Assembly: GCA_934700335.1 (NCBI GenBank)
Contig: CAKUXM010000006.1
Span: forward strand, 24,165-88,164
Direction: 5' to 3'
Source: an uncultured Candidatus Melainabacteria bacterium
GTDB lineage: Bacteria > Cyanobacteriota > Vampirovibrionia > Gastranaerophilales > Gastranaerophilaceae
Length of the DNA: 64,000 bases
The notes beneath the pieces are model-generated. The model was not told the DNA's origin, made no database searches, and saw only the letters and a program-made list of their open reading frames with translations. The position numbers and the translations under genes were made by a program. Shown piece after piece: positions 34,181 through 43,433 of the stretch (the first letter of the stretch is position 1; each line of letters opens with the position of its first letter).

Positions 34181-35133
34181 TATTTTTCTTCCATTAATTT
34201 TTTGATATCTTCTGCAAGTTCAACAGAGTTCAATCTATAGTGTTTCATTAGGTTGTCAAAATCACCAGATTGACCGAATGTATCTTGAACACCTAATCTG
34301 TGAACTTTAACAGGATATTCTTCTGCCAACACTTCACATACTGCTGAACCAACGCCACCGATTACTGAGTGGTTTTCAACAGTAATTACATAATTTGTTT
34401 TCTTAGCTGAGTCAACGATTGCTTTTTTGTCGATTGGTTTAACCATTGGTAAGTGAACTATTTCAACGTCGATACCTTGTTCAGCTAAAATATTTGCAGC
34501 ATCAATAACTTCTGCAGTTGTTTCACCGTTAGTAACGATTGTTACATCTTTACCTTCCTTTAAGATTGCTGCATGAGTTAAATCAAATTCATGACCTGCT
34601 TCAAATACATCAGGAACGTTAGTTCTTGGAACTCTGATGTAAACCGGACCAACGTGTTTAGCTGCATATTTAACAGCTGCGTTCATTTCAGCACAATCTG
34701 AAGGTACTAAAACTTGCATATTTGGAAGACCTCTCATTAGAGAAACATCTTCCAAAGATTGGTGAGTTGCACCGTCTTCACAAACTGTGATGCCACCGTG
34801 AGTTCCAACAACTTTTAAGTTGAAGTTTGCATAGCAAGCACCGTTTCTAACTTGGTCATAGTTTCTACCAGTTGCAAATACTGCGAAACTTGCGATAAAA
34901 GGAATTTTGCCTGTTGTAGAAAGACCGATAGCTGTTGTTGTCATATCAGCTTCTGCAATACCGCAATCAAACCATCTATCTGGGAATTCGTTTGCGAATA
35001 ACTTTGTTTGAGTAGAGCCAGCTAGGTCTGAATCTAAAACTACAACGTTTGGATTTTCTCTTCCAACTTCTACTAAAGCATTACCGAATGCAGAACGAAT
35101 TGATTTTCTTTCTTTTTTATTTACTGTAATCAT
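34180..35133 (-). CDS. transketolase, C-terminal (pyrimidine-binding) subunit
   Basis: MITVNKKERKSIRSAFGNALVE ... GIAEADMTTTAIGL is typical of the split-transketolase B subunit. The start is moved to ATG 35133 (AAGGGG SD). The track extension is hydrophobic junk. Confidence 0.85.
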   Translation of the reverse strand: MITVNKKERKSIRSAFGNALVEVGRENPNVVVLDSDLAGSTQTKLFANEFPDRWFDCGIAEADMTTTAIGLSTTGKIPFIASFAVFATGRNYDQVRNGACYANFNLKVVGTHGGITVCEDGATHQSLEDVSLMRGLPNMQVLVPSDCAEMNAAVKYAAKHVGPVYIRVPRTNVPDVFEAGHEFDLTHAAILKEGKDVTIVTNGETTAEVIDAANILAEQGIDVEIVHLPMVKPIDKKAIVDSAKKTNYVITVENHSVIGGVGSAVCEVLAEEYPVKVHRLGVQDTFGQSGDFDNLMKHYRLNSVELAEDIKKLMEEK

Positions 35134-35233
35134 ATATTTAACCCCTTCTATTTTTATATATAGTAAAATTATAGCATAAATAAATTTATCAAAAAAACCA
35201 ACGTTACATTTGCTTAACAAAACCATGAAAATA

Positions 35234-35276
35234 CGCAATTTCATGGCTTTATGGTATTTTATATAGATGTAGGTAG
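35234..35276 (+). promoter_or_regulatory. GCAAT-N20-TATATA class motif (copy f)
   Basis: CGCAAT 35234-35239, 20 nt, TATATA 35260-35265, then GATGTAGGTAG. Confidence 0.5.
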
Positions 35277-35298
35277 TTTAGTAGTTGAGTACTATTAT

Positions 35299-36978
35299 AT
35301 GATTGGTAAAATTAATAGTGGTGTAAATAATTTTTTCAAGCCTCAAAACAAGGCTAATAAATTAAAAGGTGAAACTGAATTAAGCGTTTTTTATATGAAT
35401 GATGCTCATGGTGATATTAACCGTGCTGCAAATATGAAAACTGCGAAAGACTGTTTTGAAAAACAAAATAAAGCAGGTGCGCATTTAACTCTTGCTGCAG
35501 GTGATATGTTATATGGTAATGACCCTAAGAGAATTGGTTTTATTACAAAGTTCTTAAATGCAATGAAAATTGATGCGACTGCATTAGGTAACCATGAATT
35601 TCATTATGGTTCTGAATTTTTAGCTAAAAATCTTAAAAATATAGATACAACAGCTGTTTGCTGTAATATTGATATTCCAGAAGGTAATGGCTTAAAAGAT
35701 AGAATGGCAGAAAAGAAATTAGTTAAATCTGCTGTATTTATGAAGGGTGGTCATAAGTTTGGTATCATTGGTGCTTCTCCATTTGATACAGATATTACTG
35801 TTAAAGAAAAACAAGATGGTACTGGTATCAAGCAAATGAGCGTTGACCAAACTATCAAAGCTATTAATGAAGAAGCTAAAAATTTAGAAAAACAAGGTAT
35901 CAATAAAATTATTCTTTGTACTCACACAGGTTATGGCGAACATGCTGACCTAAGAATTGCAAAAGAAACAGAAGGTGTAGATATCATTATTGGTGGTCAT
36001 TCTCACACTGTTATCGATGGTGCAAACAAAGAAGACAAAGGTGGCGACCACAAATTAAACGTTGTTAAATCAAGAAGAGGCGAACCAGTTGTAATTACTC
36101 AAGCTGGTAAATTAAACAAATATGCAGGTTTTTTAAATGTAATTTTTGATAAAAACGGTGTTATTAAAGAAGATTCAATTGTTAACAAACTTACTGATAC
36201 GAAAGAATTCGCTCCTAATAAAGGTATTCAAAATATTCTTACAGCAACATTAGGTCAAAACAAAGTTCTTTCAAATCCAAAACACACATATATGCCTATC
36301 AACGAATTCCAAGACAGATACATGGAAAATCCTGTTGTAAATGTAGTGTCTGATGCAATTTTAGCTGGTGCTAGAAAAGTTGATAAAGATGTAATAGCAG
36401 AGTTACACCCAACTAACAATTTGAAAAAATGTGTTGATGGTCCTGTAACAACTTATAACGTAAAATATGATATGCTTCCATACAACTGTAATTATGCGAT
36501 TGTTGAAATTACAGAAGAAGATTTAGTTAAGACTCTAGAAGCAACTTCTGGTAACTTATTCAAAGATTTTGATCCAGAACTTTTGAGATGTGCTGGCATG
36601 AGATACACGATTGATGAAAATGCAGATAAAGGTATTAATGGTCATATCAAATCATTAGAGTTTGTTGATGACAAAAATAATGTTATTAAATCAATTGATG
36701 TTAAAAATCCTTCAAAAACAAACAAATTAAAAATCGTTATGGATACTTTCTTATTTAAAGAAAAAAATACTAAAGATATCTTAGCACCTTATACAAAAGA
36801 TGCAAAAAGTGTTGGTACAGAACAAGATTTATTCATCAATTATTTAGAAGAAAACAAAGATGTTGATTTTGATAAAAAACCTGAAAAAAGAATTCAAATC
36901 AATTACCAAAACCTAGATAAATATTGTTACCAATACCCAATGGAAGACAAATATGCAGCTTTAGGTATGAACAAATAA
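35299..36978 (+). CDS. 5'-nucleotidase / metallophosphoesterase family protein, tandem paralog 1
   Basis: Calcineurin-like motifs (NDAHGD, GDMLYG, GNHEF, GGHSH) plus a 5'-nucleotidase C-terminal-like half. The start is set at ATG 35299 by alignment with paralog 2. No signal peptide. Confidence 0.8.
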   Translation: MIGKINSGVNNFFKPQNKANKLKGETELSVFYMNDAHGDINRAANMKTAKDCFEKQNKAGAHLTLAAGDMLYGNDPKRIGFITKFLNAMKIDATALGNHEFHYGSEFLAKNLKNIDTTAVCCNIDIPEGNGLKDRMAEKKLVKSAVFMKGGHKFGIIGASPFDTDITVKEKQDGTGIKQMSVDQTIKAINEEAKNLEKQGINKIILCTHTGYGEHADLRIAKETEGVDIIIGGHSHTVIDGANKEDKGGDHKLNVVKSRRGEPVVITQAGKLNKYAGFLNVIFDKNGVIKEDSIVNKLTDTKEFAPNKGIQNILTATLGQNKVLSNPKHTYMPINEFQDRYMENPVVNVVSDAILAGARKVDKDVIAELHPTNNLKKCVDGPVTTYNVKYDMLPYNCNYAIVEITEEDLVKTLEATSGNLFKDFDPELLRCAGMRYTIDENADKGINGHIKSLEFVDDKNNVIKSIDVKNPSKTNKLKIVMDTFLFKEKNTKDILAPYTKDAKSVGTEQDLFINYLEENKDVDFDKKPEKRIQINYQNLDKYCYQYPMEDKYAALGMNK

Positions 36979-37015
36979 TTAATTGTAAAAATTATATTAA
37001 AACCTTAACAAAAGA

Positions 37016-37058
37016 GGCAATTTTATGAAGTTACGAACCTTTATAGATATGTAGGTAG
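37016..37058 (+). promoter_or_regulatory. GCAAT-N20-TATATA class motif (copy e)
   Basis: GGCAAT 37016-37021, 20 nt, TATAGA 37042-37047, then TATGTAGGTAG. Confidence 0.5.
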
Positions 37059-37073
37059 TAATTAGGTTGTTTT

Positions 37074-38621
37074 ATGCTTAATAATATTGGAAACAGTTTT
37101 AAGCCAAAATATACGTCTAACGCATCGTTGAGTGTGTTTTACAACAATGATATGCATGGCGATTTGAAACGACTTTGTAAATTGAAAACTGCTAAAGATT
37201 GTTTTGAAAAACAAAATGTTACTATACCAAAGTTGACACTTTCTGGTGGTGATATGTTTTTAGGCACAGACAAGAAAAGAAATAGTTTTCTTGTTGAATT
37301 TATGAATAAGTTCAAACTTGATGCGACAACACTTGGTAATCATGAATTTTCTGCAAAATCAAAAGGTTTAGCTGAAAATCTTGAAAAAGCTGAGTTTAAA
37401 ACTGTTTGCGCAAATATAGAAGTTGATGAGAAAAATGATTTAGCAAATAGATTAAAAGATAAAAAACTTGTCAAGTCTGCTACATTTATGAAGGGTGGGC
37501 ACAAGTTTGGTATCATCGGTGCTGCGCCAATTGATTCATACATTGGTAAAAACGAAGTTGGAGAAAATCCAACAAAAGTTATGGATATTGATAAAACTAT
37601 TAAAGCCATAAATGAAGAGGCTAAAAACTTGGAGTCTCAAGGTGTTAATAAAATTATTTTGTGCTCACATGTAGGTTATGGCGACGACAAAGACTTAAGA
37701 ATTGCAAAAGAAACAGAAGGTGTAGATATCATTATTGGTGGTCATACTCACACTGTTATTGATGGTGTAAACACTGAAGATAAAGGCGAAAATGAAAAAT
37801 TAAACCTTGTGATGTCAAAAAGAAATGAGCCAGTTTTGATTACACAAGCTGGTGGTTTAAATAAATATGCAGGATATTTGAACGTAGAATTTGATGAAAA
37901 AGGTGTTTTAAAACAGGATAAAATTATCAACAAGTTAGTAAATCTTGACGGTTTTGAAGACTCAAAATCAGTTGAAACTATAATGGAAAAATATCTTGGT
38001 AAAAATGAAACTTTAGCAACAATCAAAGGTTCTTACAATCCTAAAAACCCTACAGAAGAAAGATTATTAGAAAATCCTATTCATTCACATTTTGGAAAAG
38101 CAATGCTTGAAAAATTTAAAGATGAAGGCGCTGAAGTTGCAGTATTTGGCGCACCAACATTGAGGGGTGGAGCAAACGAAAAAATTACTACTTACGACAT
38201 AAAATATGCAATGCTTCCTTTTAATACAGAAATTGGTATTGTTGATATGACAGAAAAAGATTTGGTGAAAGTTTTAAATGCAAATTGGGATAAGTACCAA
38301 CAAAAAGCTGTAATTCCAGATTTATGCAGAGCTTCTGGCATGTCATTTAGTGCTTCATCTCAACCAAAATTGAATGCAGAAGGCGAAAAAGTTTATATTG
38401 ATGATATCAAATTAGACAACAACACTAAAATCAACGCATTAAACCCATCTGACAAAAAAATCAAAGTTGTTATTGATAAATATACATTAATGACTAAATT
38501 ACCTGAAAAACTTGAAGAATTTAAGGCAACTTCAACAGAACAAGAAGCAATGATTGATTACCTAAAAAATAGACAAGAAATTTCATTAGAAAATGAAAAT
38601 AAGTTTGTTTATAAAGGCTAA
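37074..38621 (+). CDS. 5'-nucleotidase / metallophosphoesterase family protein, tandem paralog 2
   Basis: NDMHGD, GDMFLG, GNHEF, GGHTH motifs. Long identical blocks with paralog 1 (LVKSA.FMKGGHKFGIIGA, RIAKETEGVDIIIGGH). No signal peptide. Confidence 0.8.
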   Translation: MLNNIGNSFKPKYTSNASLSVFYNNDMHGDLKRLCKLKTAKDCFEKQNVTIPKLTLSGGDMFLGTDKKRNSFLVEFMNKFKLDATTLGNHEFSAKSKGLAENLEKAEFKTVCANIEVDEKNDLANRLKDKKLVKSATFMKGGHKFGIIGAAPIDSYIGKNEVGENPTKVMDIDKTIKAINEEAKNLESQGVNKIILCSHVGYGDDKDLRIAKETEGVDIIIGGHTHTVIDGVNTEDKGENEKLNLVMSKRNEPVLITQAGGLNKYAGYLNVEFDEKGVLKQDKIINKLVNLDGFEDSKSVETIMEKYLGKNETLATIKGSYNPKNPTEERLLENPIHSHFGKAMLEKFKDEGAEVAVFGAPTLRGGANEKITTYDIKYAMLPFNTEIGIVDMTEKDLVKVLNANWDKYQQKAVIPDLCRASGMSFSASSQPKLNAEGEKVYIDDIKLDNNTKINALNPSDKKIKVVIDKYTLMTKLPEKLEEFKATSTEQEAMIDYLKNRQEISLENENKFVYKG

Positions 38622-38659
38622 GTTTTTTTGTAAAATTTTGTTACAGTTCTGAAACATGC

Positions 38660-38700
38660 TGAAATTGAGTATTTCGGAAATACTTTATATACATGTAAAA
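38660..38700 (+). promoter_or_regulatory. GCAAT-N20-TATATA class motif (copy h)
   Basis: TGAAAT 38660-38665, 20 nt, TATATA 38686-38691, then CATGTAAAAG. Confidence 0.45.
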
Positions 38701-38721
38701 GATTAGAGAGTGTATTTTTTT

Positions 38722-38937
38722 ATGACGCAAAATTTTGGAACATTAATCAAGACGAATAAATCGGATTTATACTACTTGAATAAAAATGATCAAAGAATGC
38801 GTTTTAACAATTCTAAAGACCCGATTTATTTTATCTTTGATACAATCGAAAATCGTCCAATGCAACAATTGGCAAAAGAATTTGTGCAAGATACATTCTA
38901 TGAAATTGCTAATTTTGTATCAAAAGCAGTTCGTTAA
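38722..38937 (+). CDS. small hypothetical protein (71 aa), paralog of 43498..43710
   Basis: The ATG at 38722 is chosen by alignment with the paralog (MTQNFGTLIKTN vs MTAFGTLIAQN). Shared block YLNKND.RMRFNNSKDPIYF.FD.IE.RP...LAKEFVQDT. Confidence 0.7.
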   Translation: MTQNFGTLIKTNKSDLYYLNKNDQRMRFNNSKDPIYFIFDTIENRPMQQLAKEFVQDTFYEIANFVSKAVR

Positions 38938-38966
38938 CAAGTTCTATCGGAATATAATAGCAAATT

Positions 38967-38997
38967 AAAAACCTTGAATTTTCTTCAAGGTTTTTTT
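38967..38997 (+). terminator. rho-independent terminator
   Basis: Stem ACCTTGAA / TTCAAGGT with a 5-nt loop, flanked by AAAA and a 7-nt T-run. Confidence 0.8.
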
Positions 38998-39041
38998 ATT
39001 AAAAAATGCTTAAAATTATCATTACAATTGTAATACATGTA

Positions 39042-39070
39042 TTGAAAAAGGACTTTTGAAGTGTTATAAT
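39042..39070 (+). promoter_or_regulatory. canonical sigma70-type promoter of the 554-aa gene
   Basis: TTGAAA 39042-39047, 17-nt spacer, TGT-TATAAT (extended -10) 39062-39070. Confidence 0.6.
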
Positions 39071-39107
39071 TTCTGTACAAAAATATACATTTTACTAAGG
39101 AGTCTAT

Positions 39108-40772
39108 ATGGAAATCGGTGGTATAAAAATAGGATTGCCAAAAGTTGGTGCAAAAGCTAATGATAATAAAGCTTTAGCTAATTTAAAAGAACCTATTAAA
39201 GATACTTTTATAAGACATGATGACAATGAAGTTCGTAATGCAACTTCTGAATTTGAAAGTATTAAAAAGGCTGACGGTTCACAATATGATTTTGTAAATA
39301 AATGTGTTTTTCAAAAATTATACAAAGACGGCTTAATTGATGTAGATACAGTTAAAGCTTTTAAAGATACAAAATTTGACCTTTACAATATGTCCTCAAT
39401 CTATCAAATGAAAAAAGATAGAAAAGATGACAAATTCTTTGATAAGGTATTTAAAGCTATGGACAAGATTCCGAATGGAAAAGAAGCTACTGGCTTTAAA
39501 CAAAATGTGTATGAGCCAACAAAAGAATTTACCTTAAAATTTGAAAAAACAAGTAATAAACTTGATGAAATAATAAACAGTAACTATAGAACTTTAGGTA
39601 AAACATACAAGTTTGATGCGGATTCTCTTGATGTTATTGAGGAGACTAATTCAAAGATTGAAGCTGGTTTACTACCTCGTTTAAAGACAAGAACTTTTGA
39701 CTACAGAAACCATACCGAAGTTAATAGAATTGATGGAATTAGCGCAGACGGTTTGTCAATGAAAAAACAAACTGTAAGAACTAATGACAAAGACGGAAAC
39801 GTGGTTAAAGAAGAAGTTATGACTCCTTCTCAAGTAAAAGGTATGTTTGATGTTGAAGTTAATTATGCAAATGGCAAAAAAGAACAAATTGCAAAATCAA
39901 CTTATGATAAAAAGAGCGGCATAACTTCAATCAAAAAAGATATGAAATCAGCAGACGGAACTCGTACTCAATTCTTATTAGAAAAAGATACTAGAGGAAA
40001 TAGTCTTATTGATTACAAAATTACTGATAAAAACGGTAAAATATTGATGGGTAACTCTCAAACTTTTGAGGTTTTAGATAATAATCACTTTATTTCATCT
40101 AAAAATGGTTACAAATATGATATTCAAACTGATGATAAAAAATTAACTGTTAAAAACTTACACACAGAAAAAGAGGCCACAATTGAATTTAAAAAGAAAT
40201 TCAAAGGTAACAAAGACGAACTTCTAAAATTATTGAAAACAGTTCCAGGAGACGAGTTGTTTGAAACAGTTGATAATATTAAAAAATTGAACGGTAAAGA
40301 TAAAGATAAACTTCTTGACTCTCACTATAATTTGTGGACAAAAAACATTAATATTGGCGACAATTTAATGGTATTTTTACATGAATTAGGACACTCAAAA
40401 GATTACTCAACAGCGAAGAAAAGAGATTTCTTAACTGGTGAAAACAATAGATTGTATTCAGGAAATAAAGATATTCAAAAAACTTTTATTGAAGAACGTA
40501 AAAACTTTAATGCAACTCATTCTGATATAGAAAGAGAACATATTAACTACTTTACGCAAGCAAAAGGTCATTACAACGGCGAGTGGGGTGGACTTGCAGA
40601 AGTTGTTGCTGAAACAAATGCCTTAACTAATACATATACAAATAGCGATGTAGAAATCTTAGGTACACGTATGCAATATCTTCAACAACATTTCCCAAAA
40701 ACAATTGCTGCAATTCGTGATGCAATGAATTGGAAAGATGATTTGACTGCAATTGAGTATTATGGTGCATAG
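39108..40772 (+). CDS. hypothetical protein with HExxH zinc-metalloprotease motif
   Basis: 554-codon ORF with an AAGGAG SD. LMVFLHELGHSKDY lies near residue 430. No signal peptide and no family recognised beyond the motif. Confidence 0.7.
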   Translation: MEIGGIKIGLPKVGAKANDNKALANLKEPIKDTFIRHDDNEVRNATSEFESIKKADGSQYDFVNKCVFQKLYKDGLIDVDTVKAFKDTKFDLYNMSSIYQMKKDRKDDKFFDKVFKAMDKIPNGKEATGFKQNVYEPTKEFTLKFEKTSNKLDEIINSNYRTLGKTYKFDADSLDVIEETNSKIEAGLLPRLKTRTFDYRNHTEVNRIDGISADGLSMKKQTVRTNDKDGNVVKEEVMTPSQVKGMFDVEVNYANGKKEQIAKSTYDKKSGITSIKKDMKSADGTRTQFLLEKDTRGNSLIDYKITDKNGKILMGNSQTFEVLDNNHFISSKNGYKYDIQTDDKKLTVKNLHTEKEATIEFKKKFKGNKDELLKLLKTVPGDELFETVDNIKKLNGKDKDKLLDSHYNLWTKNINIGDNLMVFLHELGHSKDYSTAKKRDFLTGENNRLYSGNKDIQKTFIEERKNFNATHSDIEREHINYFTQAKGHYNGEWGGLAEVVAETNALTNTYTNSDVEILGTRMQYLQQHFPKTIAAIRDAMNWKDDLTAIEYYGA

Positions 40773-40773
40773 T

Positions 40774-41214
40774 ATGAATTGTTTTAATATCCGAAAAATG
40801 CAAAAAGAGGATAAAGACAGTATTATTTCAATGATGCAGATTTTTTATTCTTCAGATGCCGTTTCTACAAATGGCTCAATTGAAATTTTTGAAAACGATT
40901 TTGAAAATTGTATAAATGACTCTCCGTATCTTGACGGTTTTGTATTTTATAATGAAAAAGAGCTTCAAGGATATGCAATGATTGCTAAAAGCTTTTCAAC
41001 AGAATTTGGCAAAGCTTGTTATTGGATTGAGGATTTGTACGTAAAGACTGATTATAGAGGATGGGGAATAGGGACAGCATTTTTAAAATATATTGAAAAC
41101 ATTTATCCAAATGTAATTTTTCGACTTGAAGTTGAAGAAGAAAATGAAAGAGCAGTTCATGTTTATAAAAAATGCGGTTTTACAACTCTTCCTTATGCGG
41201 AAATGAAAAAATAA
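40774..41214 (+). CDS. GNAT-family N-acetyltransferase
   Basis: Acetyl-CoA-binding pattern (VKTDYRGWGIGTAFLKYIE) and C-terminal NERAVHVYKKCGF. The start is set to ATG 40774, 2 nt after the upstream stop. Confidence 0.8.
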   Translation: MNCFNIRKMQKEDKDSIISMMQIFYSSDAVSTNGSIEIFENDFENCINDSPYLDGFVFYNEKELQGYAMIAKSFSTEFGKACYWIEDLYVKTDYRGWGIGTAFLKYIENIYPNVIFRLEVEEENERAVHVYKKCGFTTLPYAEMKK

Positions 41215-41669
41215 TGGATAAAATAAAAAATACAATAGAATTGGATAAAGTAAAAAAATCAGGAGACTTATTTTTAGAAGGATATAATTGTGCGCAATCA
41301 GTTTTTGGAACATATTGCGAAGATTTTGGAATACCTTTTGAGCAAGGAATAAAAATGGCATCATCATTTGGAGGAGGAATGGGACGTCTTCGTGAAGTTT
41401 GTGGTGCTGTATCGGCAATATTTATGATTGCCGGATTGAAATATGGTTATACAGAACCTAATAATGACGAAATTAAAGCTCAACATTATAAAAGAATACA
41501 AGATTTGGCAGAAGAATTTAAAAAAGAATATGGTACAATAATTTGTAGAGAACTATTAAATATGGATTCAGATGGATATATTCCATCAAAAAGAACACCA
41601 GAATACTACAAAGAAAGACCTTGTTTGAAATTTATTGAAAAAGCATCAGAAATTATAGCTAAAATGTAG
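41214..41669 (+). CDS. C_GCAxxG_C_C family protein
   Basis: EGYNCAQSVFGTYC ... VCGAVSAIFM ... CRELL ... C matches the C-GCAxxG-C-C family pattern. The ATG overlaps the GNAT stop (TAATG). Confidence 0.75.
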   Translation: MDKIKNTIELDKVKKSGDLFLEGYNCAQSVFGTYCEDFGIPFEQGIKMASSFGGGMGRLREVCGAVSAIFMIAGLKYGYTEPNNDEIKAQHYKRIQDLAEEFKKEYGTIICRELLNMDSDGYIPSKRTPEYYKERPCLKFIEKASEIIAKM

Positions 41670-41740
41670 TTTTTATAAGAGAGGCGAATTTTGCATTTGC
41701 AAAATTCGCCTCTTAATTTTCTAAATTTTATCTATCTAAA

Positions 41741-42376
41741 TTATTGATTAGTCAAAAGACTCATGATTGCTAAATAGTGCATCACAGCTCCACCGATAAC
41801 GAATAGATGCCAAATGCAGTGAGTGAATTTAACTTTTTTTAGTAAATAGAATATGCAACCTACTGAGTAAACAAAACCACCGCCTAGAAGGTACCAGATA
41901 ACATTTATTTGATTAAGTTCTACAAGTCTCCAAACTAATAGGACTGAAAGCCAACCCATTACAAGGTAAAGAGCTGTGTTTATGTATTTGAATTTAACTG
42001 TTATACATGAGAAAACTATACCCATAACAGAAATGTACCAAGTCATTGCTAGAAGTGCAATTGACGTTGGATAAGGCACCACTAAGATGAAGAATGGTGT
42101 GTATGTGCCCGCAATTAATAAGAATATTGCAGAGTGGTCGATTTTTCTAAATACTTTTTTAGCAGTTTCATTAACCATTGCGTGATACAAGGTTGAAGAC
42201 TGGAACAATAGAAACATCATTGCACCAAAGATTGATGTAGAGGCTGTTTCTGCGGGGGTGCGAGAAGCTGCGATTAGCATTACTAACCCATAGATTGATA
42301 AAAGGGTTCCGATTGCGTGGGTTGATGCACTTATGAATTCTTCCAATGGTGAATATTTTATTTCTTTGTCTTCCAT
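41741..42376 (-). CDS. hemolysin III / PAQR-family membrane protein
   Basis: Seven hydrophobic segments and conserved His-containing motifs (STLYHA, DHSAIF, HCIWHLFVIGGAVMHY). Confidence 0.85.
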   Translation of the reverse strand: MEDKEIKYSPLEEFISASTHAIGTLLSIYGLVMLIAASRTPAETASTSIFGAMMFLLFQSSTLYHAMVNETAKKVFRKIDHSAIFLLIAGTYTPFFILVVPYPTSIALLAMTWYISVMGIVFSCITVKFKYINTALYLVMGWLSVLLVWRLVELNQINVIWYLLGGGFVYSVGCIFYLLKKVKFTHCIWHLFVIGGAVMHYLAIMSLLTNQ

Positions 42377-42460
42377 AGTGTAAATCCTTGTTTCGTGAAT
42401 TGCTCAATAATTATATATTTAAAATAGCTTTATTGCAACTAGAAGATATAAATGTCATAA

Positions 42461-43255
42461 CTAGGTTATAAAATATCTGCCGTCTTTTTCTTGAAGGTTG
42501 ATACGTGTTTCAAATATTTCTGATAAGTTTTCAGAAGTTAAGATATCTTCTTTTTTACCTTGCTTGTAGACTGTTTGGTTGTGGATAAGCGCTACGTTTG
42601 TAATTCGAGGGAAAATTTCTGAGATATCGTGAGTTATTAAGATTATTGGCGTTTCTTTAGAAATTTTTTCAAAGAGCTTTATAAAAGCACGTTGTGCTTT
42701 TATGTCTAAACCAATGGTTGGCTCGTCAAGGATAAAAGCTTTTGGAGAATGGATAAGGGCACGACCAATAATTGCTAATCTCAATTGCCCTGTGCTTAGT
42801 TCGTAAACTTTTTTGTCTTTTATGTTTAAGATGTTTAAAAATTTCATAGTTTTTTCGGCTTTTTTAAGCTCTTCATCGGAGAAGGTGTGGTGTTTGTATG
42901 AACCGATTGAACTGTGGTAACCACTTGTTACAACATCTTGAACTGTTACGTAACTTTCGCAGTTCATAAATTTTACGTGAAGTTCGTTTGTGATAATACC
43001 TAAGAGTTTTTTTAGCTCAAAGATGTTCCAACGGTCTTTACCAAAAAGTTCTTTTTTAAATTCGTAAGAAGTGTTTGGATAAAGGTCATTTGTAAGGAGT
43101 TTTATTAGTGTAGATTTACCACTGCCATTGGCACCTAATATTGCCCAATTTTCGTTACTTTTGATTTTTAGGTTGATATTTTTAAGCGCTTGAAAATTGC
43201 CGTAATTTGCGTAGATATTTTCAAAATCAATTATTGTTTCTGCGGGATTGTTCAT
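42461..43255 (-). CDS. ABC transporter ATP-binding protein (orphan)
   Basis: Walker A GANGSGKST, signature LSTGQLRLA, Walker B FILDEPT. No permease gene adjacent. Confidence 0.85.
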   Translation of the reverse strand: MNNPAETIIDFENIYANYGNFQALKNINLKIKSNENWAILGANGSGKSTLIKLLTNDLYPNTSYEFKKELFGKDRWNIFELKKLLGIITNELHVKFMNCESYVTVQDVVTSGYHSSIGSYKHHTFSDEELKKAEKTMKFLNILNIKDKKVYELSTGQLRLAIIGRALIHSPKAFILDEPTIGLDIKAQRAFIKLFEKISKETPIILITHDISEIFPRITNVALIHNQTVYKQGKKEDILTSENLSEIFETRINLQEKDGRYFIT

Positions 43256-43304
43256 AGAGATATTTTAACACTTATGACGGCTGAAATTCAAGTATAAGTT
43301 AAAA

Positions 43305-43346
43305 GGCAATTATTTTTTAGAAAAATACTTTATATAAATACAATTG
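43305..43346 (+). promoter_or_regulatory. GCAAT-N20-TATATA class motif (copy c)
   Basis: GGCAAT 43305-43310, 20 nt, TATATA 43331-43336. The flank AAAAGGCAATTATTTTT is identical to copy b. Lies 130 nt upstream of copy d. Confidence 0.45.
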
Positions 43347-43433
43347 GGAAAATCTATCTTTATTTTTGCACAGCTAAAATTTTAGGTGTGCCAGTTCTAT
43401 ATTAAGAAATATTAAGAAAAATGTTCTAAAAAT

